DNA from: an uncultured Gammaproteobacteria bacterium
GTDB lineage: Bacteria > Patescibacteriota > Patescibacteriia > S139-126
Direction: 5' to 3'
Assembly (NCBI GenBank): GCA_964620905.1
Contig: CAZUKA010000001.1
Coordinates: 158,524 to 222,523, forward strand
Length of the DNA: 64,000 nt
Shown: positions 48,914 to 57,189 of the stretch, piece by piece
How the letters are laid out: every line of letters begins with the position of its first letter
Position numbering within the stretch: position 1 is the stretch's first letter
Translations under genes and position numbers: made by a program
The notes under the pieces: generated by a model
The model's database searches: none
What the model was told of the DNA's origin: nothing
Seen by the model: the letters and a program-made list of their open reading frames with translations, nothing else

Positions 48914-50145
48914 AAAGTAAAATAATTATTTAAAAATTTCATTAATTCTGTCTCAATCATAACCTCTGATTTTTTCATTTGACGAATCTTAACTTCCATC
49001 TTACTTCCCAATTTATCGCTGATTATAACTCTAATAGGTAAACCAATCAGATCTGAATCTTTAAATTTAACTCCGGCAGATTCTATACGATCATCATATA
49101 AAACTGACCAAAACTTATTTAACTTTTGATATAATTTTTCACCTAATTTTTGCGAAGTTAAATCAACTAAATGTATTTGATAAGGAGCCACTGACTTTGG
49201 CCAAATAATTCCATCCACATCACTAAAAACCTCAACCAAAGTTCCCATAATACGCGACGGTCCTATGCCATAACAACCCATAAATACAGGTTTTTCTGTA
49301 CCATCTTTAGCTGTATAAGTAAAATCAAAACTGTCACTAAAACGAGTATTTAATTTAAATATATTTCCTATTTCAATTGCTTTTTCCTCTTGTAAGTCTT
49401 TATTTCCACAATTAGGACAAGTTGTTTGTTCACCAATTAACTCTTTATTTACTGCCACTAAACATTTGTGACAAGTAAAGATAGTATCTTCACCGGTTTT
49501 AGGTGCAATTGTCTGATATTCATGAGAATATTTGGAAAAAGCCCCGCCCGATGCATAAGTCTCATAAGTAGTTTGGTTTATTTCCAACCTTGTCCAAATC
49601 TTACGATAAGCTTTTTTTACTTCTTCATAATAATCATTTAAGTCATTTTCATCAGTATGAAAAGAGTATAAATCTTTCATCAAAAATTCACGTCCACGTA
49701 GCAGCCCAGATTTGGCTCGGGCTTCATTTCTGAATTTGGTTTGAATCTGATAAACATATATCGGCAAATCTTTGTAGGAAAATACAACTTTCTGAATTAA
49801 AGGTGTCACTAACTCTTCGTGAGTCGGATTTAAAGTAAAATCTTTATTGCCATTACCTTTTAATTTAAATAAAACATCAAACCCTTCCCAACGGCCAGTT
49901 TTTTGCCACAACGAGGCTGGTGATAAAACTGGTAATAAAATTTCCTGTCCACCGATCGCATTCATTTCTTCACGAACAATCTGACTGATGTTATTTAAAA
50001 CTTTTAAACCCAAGGGTAAATAGTTATACACCCCGGCTGTTACTTTATCTATATAACCAGCTCTGATCAAAAGCTGAGCATTTAAACTTTCTTCATCTTT
50101 TGGTATTTCTTTAATTGATTTACCAACTAATTGTGATTGTTTCAT
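48910..50145 (-). CDS. proS: Prolyl-tRNA synthetase, minimal form lacking the INS editing domain (zinc ribbon in its place)
   Basis: 411 aa. ProRS N-terminus (LLIRAGYID...GVYNYLPLG). Motif 2 is FRNE...GLLRGREFLMKDLYSFH and motif 3 is GCYGIGPSR. A class II anticodon-binding C-terminal domain is present. A CHKC...CPNCG insert lies between motifs 2 and 3. Confidence 0.8.
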   Translation of the reverse strand: MKQSQLVGKSIKEIPKDEESLNAQLLIRAGYIDKVTAGVYNYLPLGLKVLNNISQIVREEMNAIGGQEILLPVLSPASLWQKTGRWEGFDVLFKLKGNGNKDFTLNPTHEELVTPLIQKVVFSYKDLPIYVYQIQTKFRNEARAKSGLLRGREFLMKDLYSFHTDENDLNDYYEEVKKAYRKIWTRLEINQTTYETYASGGAFSKYSHEYQTIAPKTGEDTIFTCHKCLVAVNKELIGEQTTCPNCGNKDLQEEKAIEIGNIFKLNTRFSDSFDFTYTAKDGTEKPVFMGCYGIGPSRIMGTLVEVFSDVDGIIWPKSVAPYQIHLVDLTSQKLGEKLYQKLNKFWSVLYDDRIESAGVKFKDSDLIGLPIRVIISDKLGSKMEVKIRQMKKSEVMIETELMKFLNNYFTL

Positions 50146-50153
50146 AATATAAT

Positions 50154-51104
50154 CTATAAAGTTGTGATTGGCCTACTTTGAGTTATATAAAACTTACTCT
50201 TATGATAAGCCCATTCTATATCACACGCAAATTTATAATGTTTTTCAATTTGCCTACAAATTTTAGCAATCTCAACTATTTGTTTTCCGGTTAATTTTTG
50301 TCTAGATTCGTCTTTTTTTGGTACCGGCACCCATTTATTATCACCAGATACTGATTTTTGCACTATTTTTTTTGTTTGTTGAGCAATATTTATATCAATA
50401 ATAGAAAAATCTTGTTTATCAACCACGTAAGCATCAGGGGTGATTTGCCCAGACACTATAGCTTCTCCCAGCCCCCAGCCGGCTTCAATTATCATCTGGT
50501 TTTTGTCCATGGTAACAGGGTGAACAGTAAAGGCAATTCCAGAAATTTCAGATTGTATCATAATTTGAACCACCACAGCCACTGAAACTTTTGCTTTTAA
50601 GAGTTTTTTTTCATTTCGGTAAAATATTGCTCTGGGAGTAAATAAAGATGACCAGCAATTTTTTACGTTTTTAATCAAATTTTTTTCAGAGGTATTCAAA
50701 TAAGTTTCCAATTCTCCAGCCCAACTCGCAACTTTTGAATCCTCGGCTGTGGCTGAAGAACGAACTGCAACATATTTGCTTTTTAATTTTTTAAACTCTT
50801 TGATTATTTCTTTTTTCAAATTTTCAGGAAATTTGGCATCAACAATTAAATCTCGAATAACGTTTGAGGCTCGATCCACTGAATTGGTGTCTTTATAATT
50901 TACTTTAGATAGTTTAGCTAAGATGTCTTGATATAAATCTGTTTCAATTAAAAAGTTGTCAAACGCACTTGCTGAGATTACAAAACCATAAGGAATCGGT
51001 ATTTTAGCTTGCATCATCTCCCCCAAAGATGCTCCTTTACCACCCGCTATATTTACATCATTTTTATCAATTTGAGAAAAAAAGTGTATAAATTTTGTGT
51101 TCAT
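50154..51104 (-). CDS. Stand-alone PEP synthase / PPDK N-terminal ATP-grasp nucleotide-binding domain protein (PPDK_N)
   Basis: 316 aa. NIAGGKGASLGEM, VAVRSSATAEDS, LFTPRAIFYR, GWGLGEAIVSG and a C-terminal DIEWAYHKSKFYITQSRP motif track the PEPS N-terminal domain. The protein ends where the His domain would normally begin. Confidence 0.7.
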   Translation of the reverse strand: MNTKFIHFFSQIDKNDVNIAGGKGASLGEMMQAKIPIPYGFVISASAFDNFLIETDLYQDILAKLSKVNYKDTNSVDRASNVIRDLIVDAKFPENLKKEIIKEFKKLKSKYVAVRSSATAEDSKVASWAGELETYLNTSEKNLIKNVKNCWSSLFTPRAIFYRNEKKLLKAKVSVAVVVQIMIQSEISGIAFTVHPVTMDKNQMIIEAGWGLGEAIVSGQITPDAYVVDKQDFSIIDINIAQQTKKIVQKSVSGDNKWVPVPKKDESRQKLTGKQIVEIAKICRQIEKHYKFACDIEWAYHKSKFYITQSRPITTL

Positions 51105-51154
51105 CCAATCTAAATAAATTTTTTATATCATAATTTTATCACACTTTTATATTA

Positions 51155-51183
51155 TTGACAATTTCTAAAAAATATGCTATACT
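51155..51183 (+). promoter_or_regulatory. Strong sigma-70 promoter plus Shine-Dalgarno for the M20 amidohydrolase gene
   Basis: Perfect TTGACA, 17-nt spacer, then TATACT. An AAGGAGA RBS lies 7 nt upstream of the ATG at 51238. Confidence 0.5.
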
Positions 51184-51237
51184 ACCCTATTCTACATTAA
51201 AAACAATAAATATAAACAAACACAAGGAGAAATCAAA

Positions 51238-52422
51238 ATGATTTCAAATCACAAGATCGCCACGGATCTAAATCAAATATTACTTGCCACCCGAAAAGAA
51301 TTTCACAAAATTCCAGAAATACGTTTTAAAACAGAACAAACAAGAACTCTAATAGAAAAATTTCTAAAAGAAAGGATAGATGATTCTTTATATGATACCA
51401 GTATTTTCACAAGCGAAGGTGGTTACTGGCTCGACGTAGTCACTGATCCAACTCTTCCATTCATTGCTATTAGGGCTGACTTTGATGCTTTAGCAATAAC
51501 CGAAAAGACAAATCTTTCATATTCATCTACCATTCCTGGTTTTATGCACGCCTGTGGTCATGATATACATACTGCCTGGCTCCTCACAACACTTGATGCG
51601 GTCATGAGTTATGACCTGCAACTAAGAAGCAATATTAGATTTATTTTTGAAGACGGTGAAGAAAATCCAATCACTCAACCCGGCGCTGACTTTCTCATTG
51701 CAGATGGTGTACTTGAAAAAGTCACCGAAATCTACGGTCTTCATATCTGGGCAGATCCAAATTGTACTCCTGGTACTTTCTATTCTAGAAGCGGAGCGCT
51801 TTTAGGAAATTCCGGTAGATTAGGTATGAAACTGACCTGTAAAGGCGGTCATGTTGCCAGTCCGAATATGGGCAACAATGCGCTACGTATTTATGCAGAA
51901 ATCAATGAAGCTTTGCAAAATATGAAGGCGGCTTTTAATCCAATAGAGCCCATTGTAATTGAGCCGACCACAGTTCTGTGTGGTAAACCAGATGGAGCTA
52001 GCTCGAATATTATGCCAGCAGAAATGGAAGTCTGGTGGGGCGTTAGGTCAATGCTGCCAAGTAAAGATCATAACGAATTTATAGCAAAAATTGCTGAGAC
52101 AATTAAAATAATCGCTGATAAGTATCAGGCAAAAGTCCAATTTACCCCAATTAGTGGTCATCCGTCAACAATCAACGATCCTAACTCGATTGAATTAGTA
52201 AATTCAAAATTAATAAAAAACGCACTAACCACTGATTTAAATCACCCACCGATTCTTGGTGGAGAGTCTTTCGGAAGATATTTGGAAAAAGTTTCCGGAT
52301 CATTCTGGATGCTTGGCGCTTACAAGATGGGTTGCGGTTTCCATCATGAACCAACTTTTAATCCTGATGAAAAGCAATTCTCAAAAGGAGTAGAATTCTT
52401 CTTGTCTCTTATAACTGTTTAG
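51238..52422 (+). CDS. M20D-family amidohydrolase (N-acyl-amino-acid/hippurate hydrolase-like)
   Basis: 394 aa. Metal-binding ACGHD.H, an Asp/Glu pair (EDGEE), and a dimerisation insert typical of M20D. Confidence 0.75.
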   Translation: MISNHKIATDLNQILLATRKEFHKIPEIRFKTEQTRTLIEKFLKERIDDSLYDTSIFTSEGGYWLDVVTDPTLPFIAIRADFDALAITEKTNLSYSSTIPGFMHACGHDIHTAWLLTTLDAVMSYDLQLRSNIRFIFEDGEENPITQPGADFLIADGVLEKVTEIYGLHIWADPNCTPGTFYSRSGALLGNSGRLGMKLTCKGGHVASPNMGNNALRIYAEINEALQNMKAAFNPIEPIVIEPTTVLCGKPDGASSNIMPAEMEVWWGVRSMLPSKDHNEFIAKIAETIKIIADKYQAKVQFTPISGHPSTINDPNSIELVNSKLIKNALTTDLNHPPILGGESFGRYLEKVSGSFWMLGAYKMGCGFHHEPTFNPDEKQFSKGVEFFLSLITV

Positions 52423-52440
52423 TTATTAGTTATAAGAAAA

Positions 52441-52471
52441 CCCCTGATTATTTTAATCAGGGGTTATTTTT
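52441..52471. terminator. Bidirectional rho-independent terminator
   Basis: CCCCTGATTAttttTAATCAGGGG perfect 10-bp stem followed by a T-run, and preceded by an A-run. Sits between the convergent 51238 (+) and 52470 (-) genes. Confidence 0.55.
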
Positions 52472-53402
52472 ATATATTTATATCTAAATAATAACTCAAT
52501 AGTGCTGCTCCTAAAATATTATATGGCTCTTTTTTAGCATACATAGCCCGAGGATCATCATCAACTTCTTTATCAACTTCGAATATCCTTGGTTTTAACA
52601 TGTATAAAACAGAATCATTTTTCATTCTTTTCATATGTTCTTTGGTAATAGGAATATAACTCTTTAATATTAAATCTTCTTTTTCTTTGGGAAATTTATC
52701 AGTTGGTATAATTCCTTTTTGTAGACCACGAGTCAAAAATAATATGTCAACATCACCAATAAAATTATCTAACTTATCATAATAAATACCTTTGGCACCG
52801 TTTCTTTTTGCCTGTTCCTCAACTTCTTTTGGTAGCGGAAAATGACCAAGATCATCAATAAACAACTCGACGCCATAATATCCTAAGATTGGTACCATTG
52901 ATTTTGTTGCTCGATTTATTTCTGGAGTACCGTAAATACCTATTTTTGTTCCCTGTAAAGGTCTCTTTAAATAATGAAACATATTGCAAATTATCCAGGG
53001 TGTACCGACTGGGTGTTCTTTTGAACCACTACCGCAGTTTAAAAGTGGTACATATGAATACGGTGAACAACGTTCAGCAGAGTCATCATCTTGATGTCTG
53101 AGGGCTATAAGGTCGGAAAAACAACTGTATTCCCTAACTGTATCTTCTAAGCTTTCCCCTTTCTCCATCGAAAGCCCTTGTTCTCCGATTGTACCTATCC
53201 ATCCACCTCCCATACGTAAAATGCTTGATTGAAACATATTCATAGTTCTAGTTGAAGGTTGGAAAAAAAGGGTAGATACGATTTTTCCTCTTGCTAACTC
53301 TGGTGATATTCCATTTTTTTCAAAATACTCAAATCTTTTTAAGATTTCATCATAATCACTTTTTGATAAGTCGTTTGAAGAAATAAGATGTTTTAAAGGC
53401 AT
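52470..53402 (-). CDS. Aspartate/ornithine carbamoyltransferase-fold protein with degenerate catalytic motifs
   Basis: 310 aa. FQPSTRTMNMFQSSILRMGG (STRTR becomes STRTM). DTVREYSCFSDLIALRH matches the ATCase DTARVLS..D.IVIRH segment. NCGSGSKEHPVGT corresponds to NAGDG..HPTQ. The C-terminal YMLKPR replaces HPLPR. Confidence 0.55.
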   Translation of the reverse strand: MPLKHLISSNDLSKSDYDEILKRFEYFEKNGISPELARGKIVSTLFFQPSTRTMNMFQSSILRMGGGWIGTIGEQGLSMEKGESLEDTVREYSCFSDLIALRHQDDDSAERCSPYSYVPLLNCGSGSKEHPVGTPWIICNMFHYLKRPLQGTKIGIYGTPEINRATKSMVPILGYYGVELFIDDLGHFPLPKEVEEQAKRNGAKGIYYDKLDNFIGDVDILFLTRGLQKGIIPTDKFPKEKEDLILKSYIPITKEHMKRMKNDSVLYMLKPRIFEVDKEVDDDPRAMYAKKEPYNILGAALLSYYLDINI

Positions 53403-53421
53403 AAAAATAATTTATAATAAT

Positions 53422-54345
53422 TTATTTTTTATTTATTATATCTTCAATTATTTTAAAGGGTATTTCTTCATTAAATTCAAATAATAAATTTCCTTCTTTA
53501 TCATCCTTTTTATAAATTAACCTTACACGTGATTCGTTTTTACCTTCAATATTATCTATCTCAACCTCAAAACCTTCAGCAAAATCTACACCTTGATTGC
53601 CCAAAGCTTTTACCAATTTATCCCTTTCCTCTTGACCTTTAATCTTCTCTACCACCCGACATAAAAATAAATCCAAAGCCCCAGCGTGACTACCAAGAAA
53701 TCTTTCCAGTTGTTTACCATACTTTTTTTCATTATTTTTGTCTTCAATCAATTTACCAAAATTTTTTGCAATTTTTGTATATTTATCAATTATCTGCGCT
53801 AAATTTCCTGCTGCTCTTAGATAAGTTGTGCTTTTATCATCACCTAATTTTTCAGCAATTTTATCACTTTCCTCAACCATCCATTTTAAACCAGAATTGT
53901 TACTATATGCTTGGTTGCTCTGTGATTCAAATTCATCATTATAAAAAGCAAATCCAAGTCTTTTATCTTCACCCAGTCTTGTTCCATATTCTAATTTTTT
54001 ACCGTCAATAAAATTTAGTTTTTCTTTTAATTCATCTAGTGTTTCTTCACCAGTAATATGATCTCTACCTATAGCCCCAGCCATTTCAAATCCCCCAGCT
54101 TGCTGTGAACGGATGATATTACTTCCCATTGCCAAAGAGGCATCACTTGCTGGATACTCGGATTTACCTTTTTCTAATGCTTGCTCTTTACCTTTACGTG
54201 TTAATTCTTGTTCAAGATTGGTTCTATCTGGTCTTTTTTCTTTCTCTCCGTGTCTAGTAATATGCAGTAAAACACGACTTTTAATATTTTCTTGTGGTTC
54301 TTTATTTTCAAAATTGGTTTTTGAAAAAAACTCCTTAAATTTCAT
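53422..54345 (-). CDS. Hypothetical protein, possibly histidine-phosphatase (PGM branch)-like
   Basis: 307 aa. N-terminal LLHITRHGEK...LT.KG.EQA resembles the RHG phosphohistidine motif of the histidine phosphatase superfamily. Weak. Confidence 0.3.
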   Translation of the reverse strand: MKFKEFFSKTNFENKEPQENIKSRVLLHITRHGEKEKRPDRTNLEQELTRKGKEQALEKGKSEYPASDASLAMGSNIIRSQQAGGFEMAGAIGRDHITGEETLDELKEKLNFIDGKKLEYGTRLGEDKRLGFAFYNDEFESQSNQAYSNNSGLKWMVEESDKIAEKLGDDKSTTYLRAAGNLAQIIDKYTKIAKNFGKLIEDKNNEKKYGKQLERFLGSHAGALDLFLCRVVEKIKGQEERDKLVKALGNQGVDFAEGFEVEIDNIEGKNESRVRLIYKKDDKEGNLLFEFNEEIPFKIIEDIINKK

Positions 54346-54350
54346 ATATA

Positions 54351-55799
54351 TTATTTAATAATCTTTATCTCTCCTGTATTTGCATCTATTTGTATTATAT
54401 CACCATTTTTCAATTTTTTTGTAGCGATTTTAGTGCCAATAATACATATCTTACCAAGCTCACGTGAAACCACAGCAGCATGTGACATCAATCCCCCAAT
54501 ATCAGTGACAACGGCTTTAGCTTGTCGCATTAAGTGGATATAATCAGGTGAAGTCATTGGTGCTACCAAAATTTCACTTGGTTTAATTTTTTTTAATTGA
54601 CGAGGCGAAAATACTACTCTGACAGTTCCGGTAATTTTTTTGTTAGAACGATTCGCAACTACACCAACTATTTTTTTATTATTCTGCTGGCTATCTATTT
54701 GTTTTAATATTGGATTGAAAAACTTTTTTGCTTTTTTACCAAAAATCAATTGGTAATTAGCATTTTTAATTAAAAATATAAAATATCCTTTTCTTTTTTT
54801 TAAATCGATTTGACCAATTTTATTTCCTTTTAAACCCAAATCTAACCATTCTTCAGCTGTATAATATAAAAGATCAGATTTTTTTACATGATAAAATACT
54901 GCTAAGGAATCCAATATTTTATCAAAACTACTGTGTGCCCACCAAGATTTTGCTTTTCTATCATCTTGCCACCATAAAGAAAATGATAAAGCTTGTGAAA
55001 TATTCAAATAATTTTTGGATAAATTATATTTATTTATTATATCTGCTTTATTTTTTATAACTCTATTTTTATAATAACTTAAATTATCATAAATTGATTT
55101 TGCTTTTTTCTTATTATATGATTTTAACCGAGCAAACCATTCACCAGCACCAATATAGTAAATCTGATAATAACTATTATCAACCCAGTTCCATTTTTTT
55201 TCGAAATTTTTTAAGGCAACTGAAGAAGCTTTTATATTTTTTTTGCTAAAATATAATTTAAGAAGTTCAAGTTCATTTTGTTGATGAAAACTTAAATCTT
55301 CTGGTGTTAATAAAACCTCAACTATTTTATCAATTTTTTTTACATCCACGCCATCACGTTTCAATAAATTAGCTAAATATTTTGGTGCGGAAAAGTTGGC
55401 TATTTCATAAATTAATGACAATCGCCAAAATGGTATCAAGTGATTATACCATTCTTTGGTTGTTTGTTTTAATATCTTTTTATTAGTTATATTTGTTTTT
55501 TGAAGCCTTTTTGCAGCAACTGATATATTACTAATTATTTTTTTATATTCGTTCCAAATAATTTTTCTCTTTTTTTCTGGTAATATCCACTTTTCAATCG
55601 CTTCATAACCGTATTTTTCCATTAACTCTTTTTCCCAATAAAAGGTTAGACGATCATGATCATATAAACCAATCAGATGTGGCCATCTTATACCATGAAT
55701 TACCATACCAGTAGGTTTAAACCAAAACGAGGGATATAATATCCTTGCATCTATCGGCCCCCATTGGTCAATAGTATTTTTTTTATAAAAATAAGACAT
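54351..55799 (-). CDS. Paralog 1 of 7: novel N-terminal domain + C-terminal PEP-utilizing-enzyme mobile (phosphohistidine) domain
   Basis: 482 aa. The C-terminus (GTVRVVFSP...ILVAPMTSPDYIHLMRQAKAVVTDIGGLMSHAAVVSRELGKICIIGT) is the PEPS/PPDK swivelling His domain with the catalytic His. The N-domain carries WWQDDRK and W.W.DNSYY motifs. Confidence 0.7.
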   Translation of the reverse strand: MSYFYKKNTIDQWGPIDARILYPSFWFKPTGMVIHGIRWPHLIGLYDHDRLTFYWEKELMEKYGYEAIEKWILPEKKRKIIWNEYKKIISNISVAAKRLQKTNITNKKILKQTTKEWYNHLIPFWRLSLIYEIANFSAPKYLANLLKRDGVDVKKIDKIVEVLLTPEDLSFHQQNELELLKLYFSKKNIKASSVALKNFEKKWNWVDNSYYQIYYIGAGEWFARLKSYNKKKAKSIYDNLSYYKNRVIKNKADIINKYNLSKNYLNISQALSFSLWWQDDRKAKSWWAHSSFDKILDSLAVFYHVKKSDLLYYTAEEWLDLGLKGNKIGQIDLKKRKGYFIFLIKNANYQLIFGKKAKKFFNPILKQIDSQQNNKKIVGVVANRSNKKITGTVRVVFSPRQLKKIKPSEILVAPMTSPDYIHLMRQAKAVVTDIGGLMSHAAVVSRELGKICIIGTKIATKKLKNGDIIQIDANTGEIKIIK

Positions 55800-55800
55800 A

Positions 55801-57189
55801 TTATTTTATTATTGTAACAACTCCATGATTGGCATTTACTTCCACTCTATCGCCGTCTTTAATCACCTTAGTCGCTATTTTTGTACCAACCACGCAGGGT
55901 TTTTTCAGTTCTCGTGCCACAATGGCTGCATGTGAGGCAATACCACCTTCATTAGTCACAAACGCAGCCGCTTTATACATAGCCGGTATATAGTTCGGAT
56001 GTGTTGTGTTGGCTATAAGAATATCACCTTTTTTTACTCGTTTTATATCATGGTAACTTTTTATTATTTTTACTTTGCCTCTAGCTAATCCTGTATAAGC
56101 ACTTAGGCCTTGCAATACTACTATTTTTTTTGTATTTAATTCTATTTTTTTTATTATTTCCAAATATTTTTTTATTTTTTTATCAATCACCCAAGTTTCC
56201 AATGTAAAACTATTTCCTGTTATTATGACCTTGTGTTTTTTTCTATAAGCAATAATATCTGATGGTAACTGATTCTGTACTAAACAATCACTTATTTCTT
56301 TGAAACTTAAGTAACCAAGATCATTACGATCAATATTAAAACGCATAGCTATAGTATCAAACAAAAAAGTCCAATTATAAACATATTGCCTTCTAACATC
56401 GTCACGAAAATCTTTGAAAAATATAATATAAGGCGCCAAATCAATATGATATTTTTCTTGTTTAGTGGGTTTAAGTAGTTTGTATAATTTCTGGTGTGAT
56501 ATATTTTTTATCTCATTCTTACTGATGCTTTTCTTCTTAAACTGCTGTATCCATTTTTTATCAATCGGACGATACCAAATTGCAGACCAACTACGTAAAA
56601 ATTGATATTTATCTATAAGTTTGGATATAGGAAAATTTGACTGTAAATCTTGTTGTAATCTGATAATGGCTGTTGTTCGCCAACTTTTATATATAGACGA
56701 CATAATTTCCTCATACCTATTTTCTAATCCTCTCTTTTTTATCAACTTACTAAGTATGTTTTCTGAATCAATTTGCCACGTTTCTATACCCCACCAAGGC
56801 CAAATACTAAATCGATAATTTATCTTATCAAAACCAGTCAGAAAATCTTCTAGAGCTTTAATTTGCCACTGAAAGGAATCTGTGTATTCAAATTTTTTCC
56901 AATAATTAATTTTTTTATTATATTTTTTTATTATTTCCTTACCCTCTATATAATATTTCTTAGCTTGATCAACACTTTTAAAAAAATGTTTATAAATAAT
57001 TCTACCAACTTCTAATTCATCAACAGAGAGATAATGAGTAAGGATTTTATTTTCAATTATAGTAAAAAATGGTTCTTTTATTTTATTTTCAACCAAACGT
57101 GAACAATCAATAAAAACTTTGTCTAAAACAGATATTGTTGCGATATCAACACCTTCTCGAGTAATTAATTTTTTCCATTTATATTTCAT
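55801..57189 (-). CDS. Paralog 2 of 7: N-terminal variable domain + C-terminal phosphohistidine domain
   Basis: 462 aa. C-terminus ...TTHPNYIPAMYKAAAFVTNEGGIASHAAIVARELKKPCVVGT. Confidence 0.7.
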   Translation of the reverse strand: MKYKWKKLITREGVDIATISVLDKVFIDCSRLVENKIKEPFFTIIENKILTHYLSVDELEVGRIIYKHFFKSVDQAKKYYIEGKEIIKKYNKKINYWKKFEYTDSFQWQIKALEDFLTGFDKINYRFSIWPWWGIETWQIDSENILSKLIKKRGLENRYEEIMSSIYKSWRTTAIIRLQQDLQSNFPISKLIDKYQFLRSWSAIWYRPIDKKWIQQFKKKSISKNEIKNISHQKLYKLLKPTKQEKYHIDLAPYIIFFKDFRDDVRRQYVYNWTFLFDTIAMRFNIDRNDLGYLSFKEISDCLVQNQLPSDIIAYRKKHKVIITGNSFTLETWVIDKKIKKYLEIIKKIELNTKKIVVLQGLSAYTGLARGKVKIIKSYHDIKRVKKGDILIANTTHPNYIPAMYKAAAFVTNEGGIASHAAIVARELKKPCVVGTKIATKVIKDGDRVEVNANHGVVTIIK

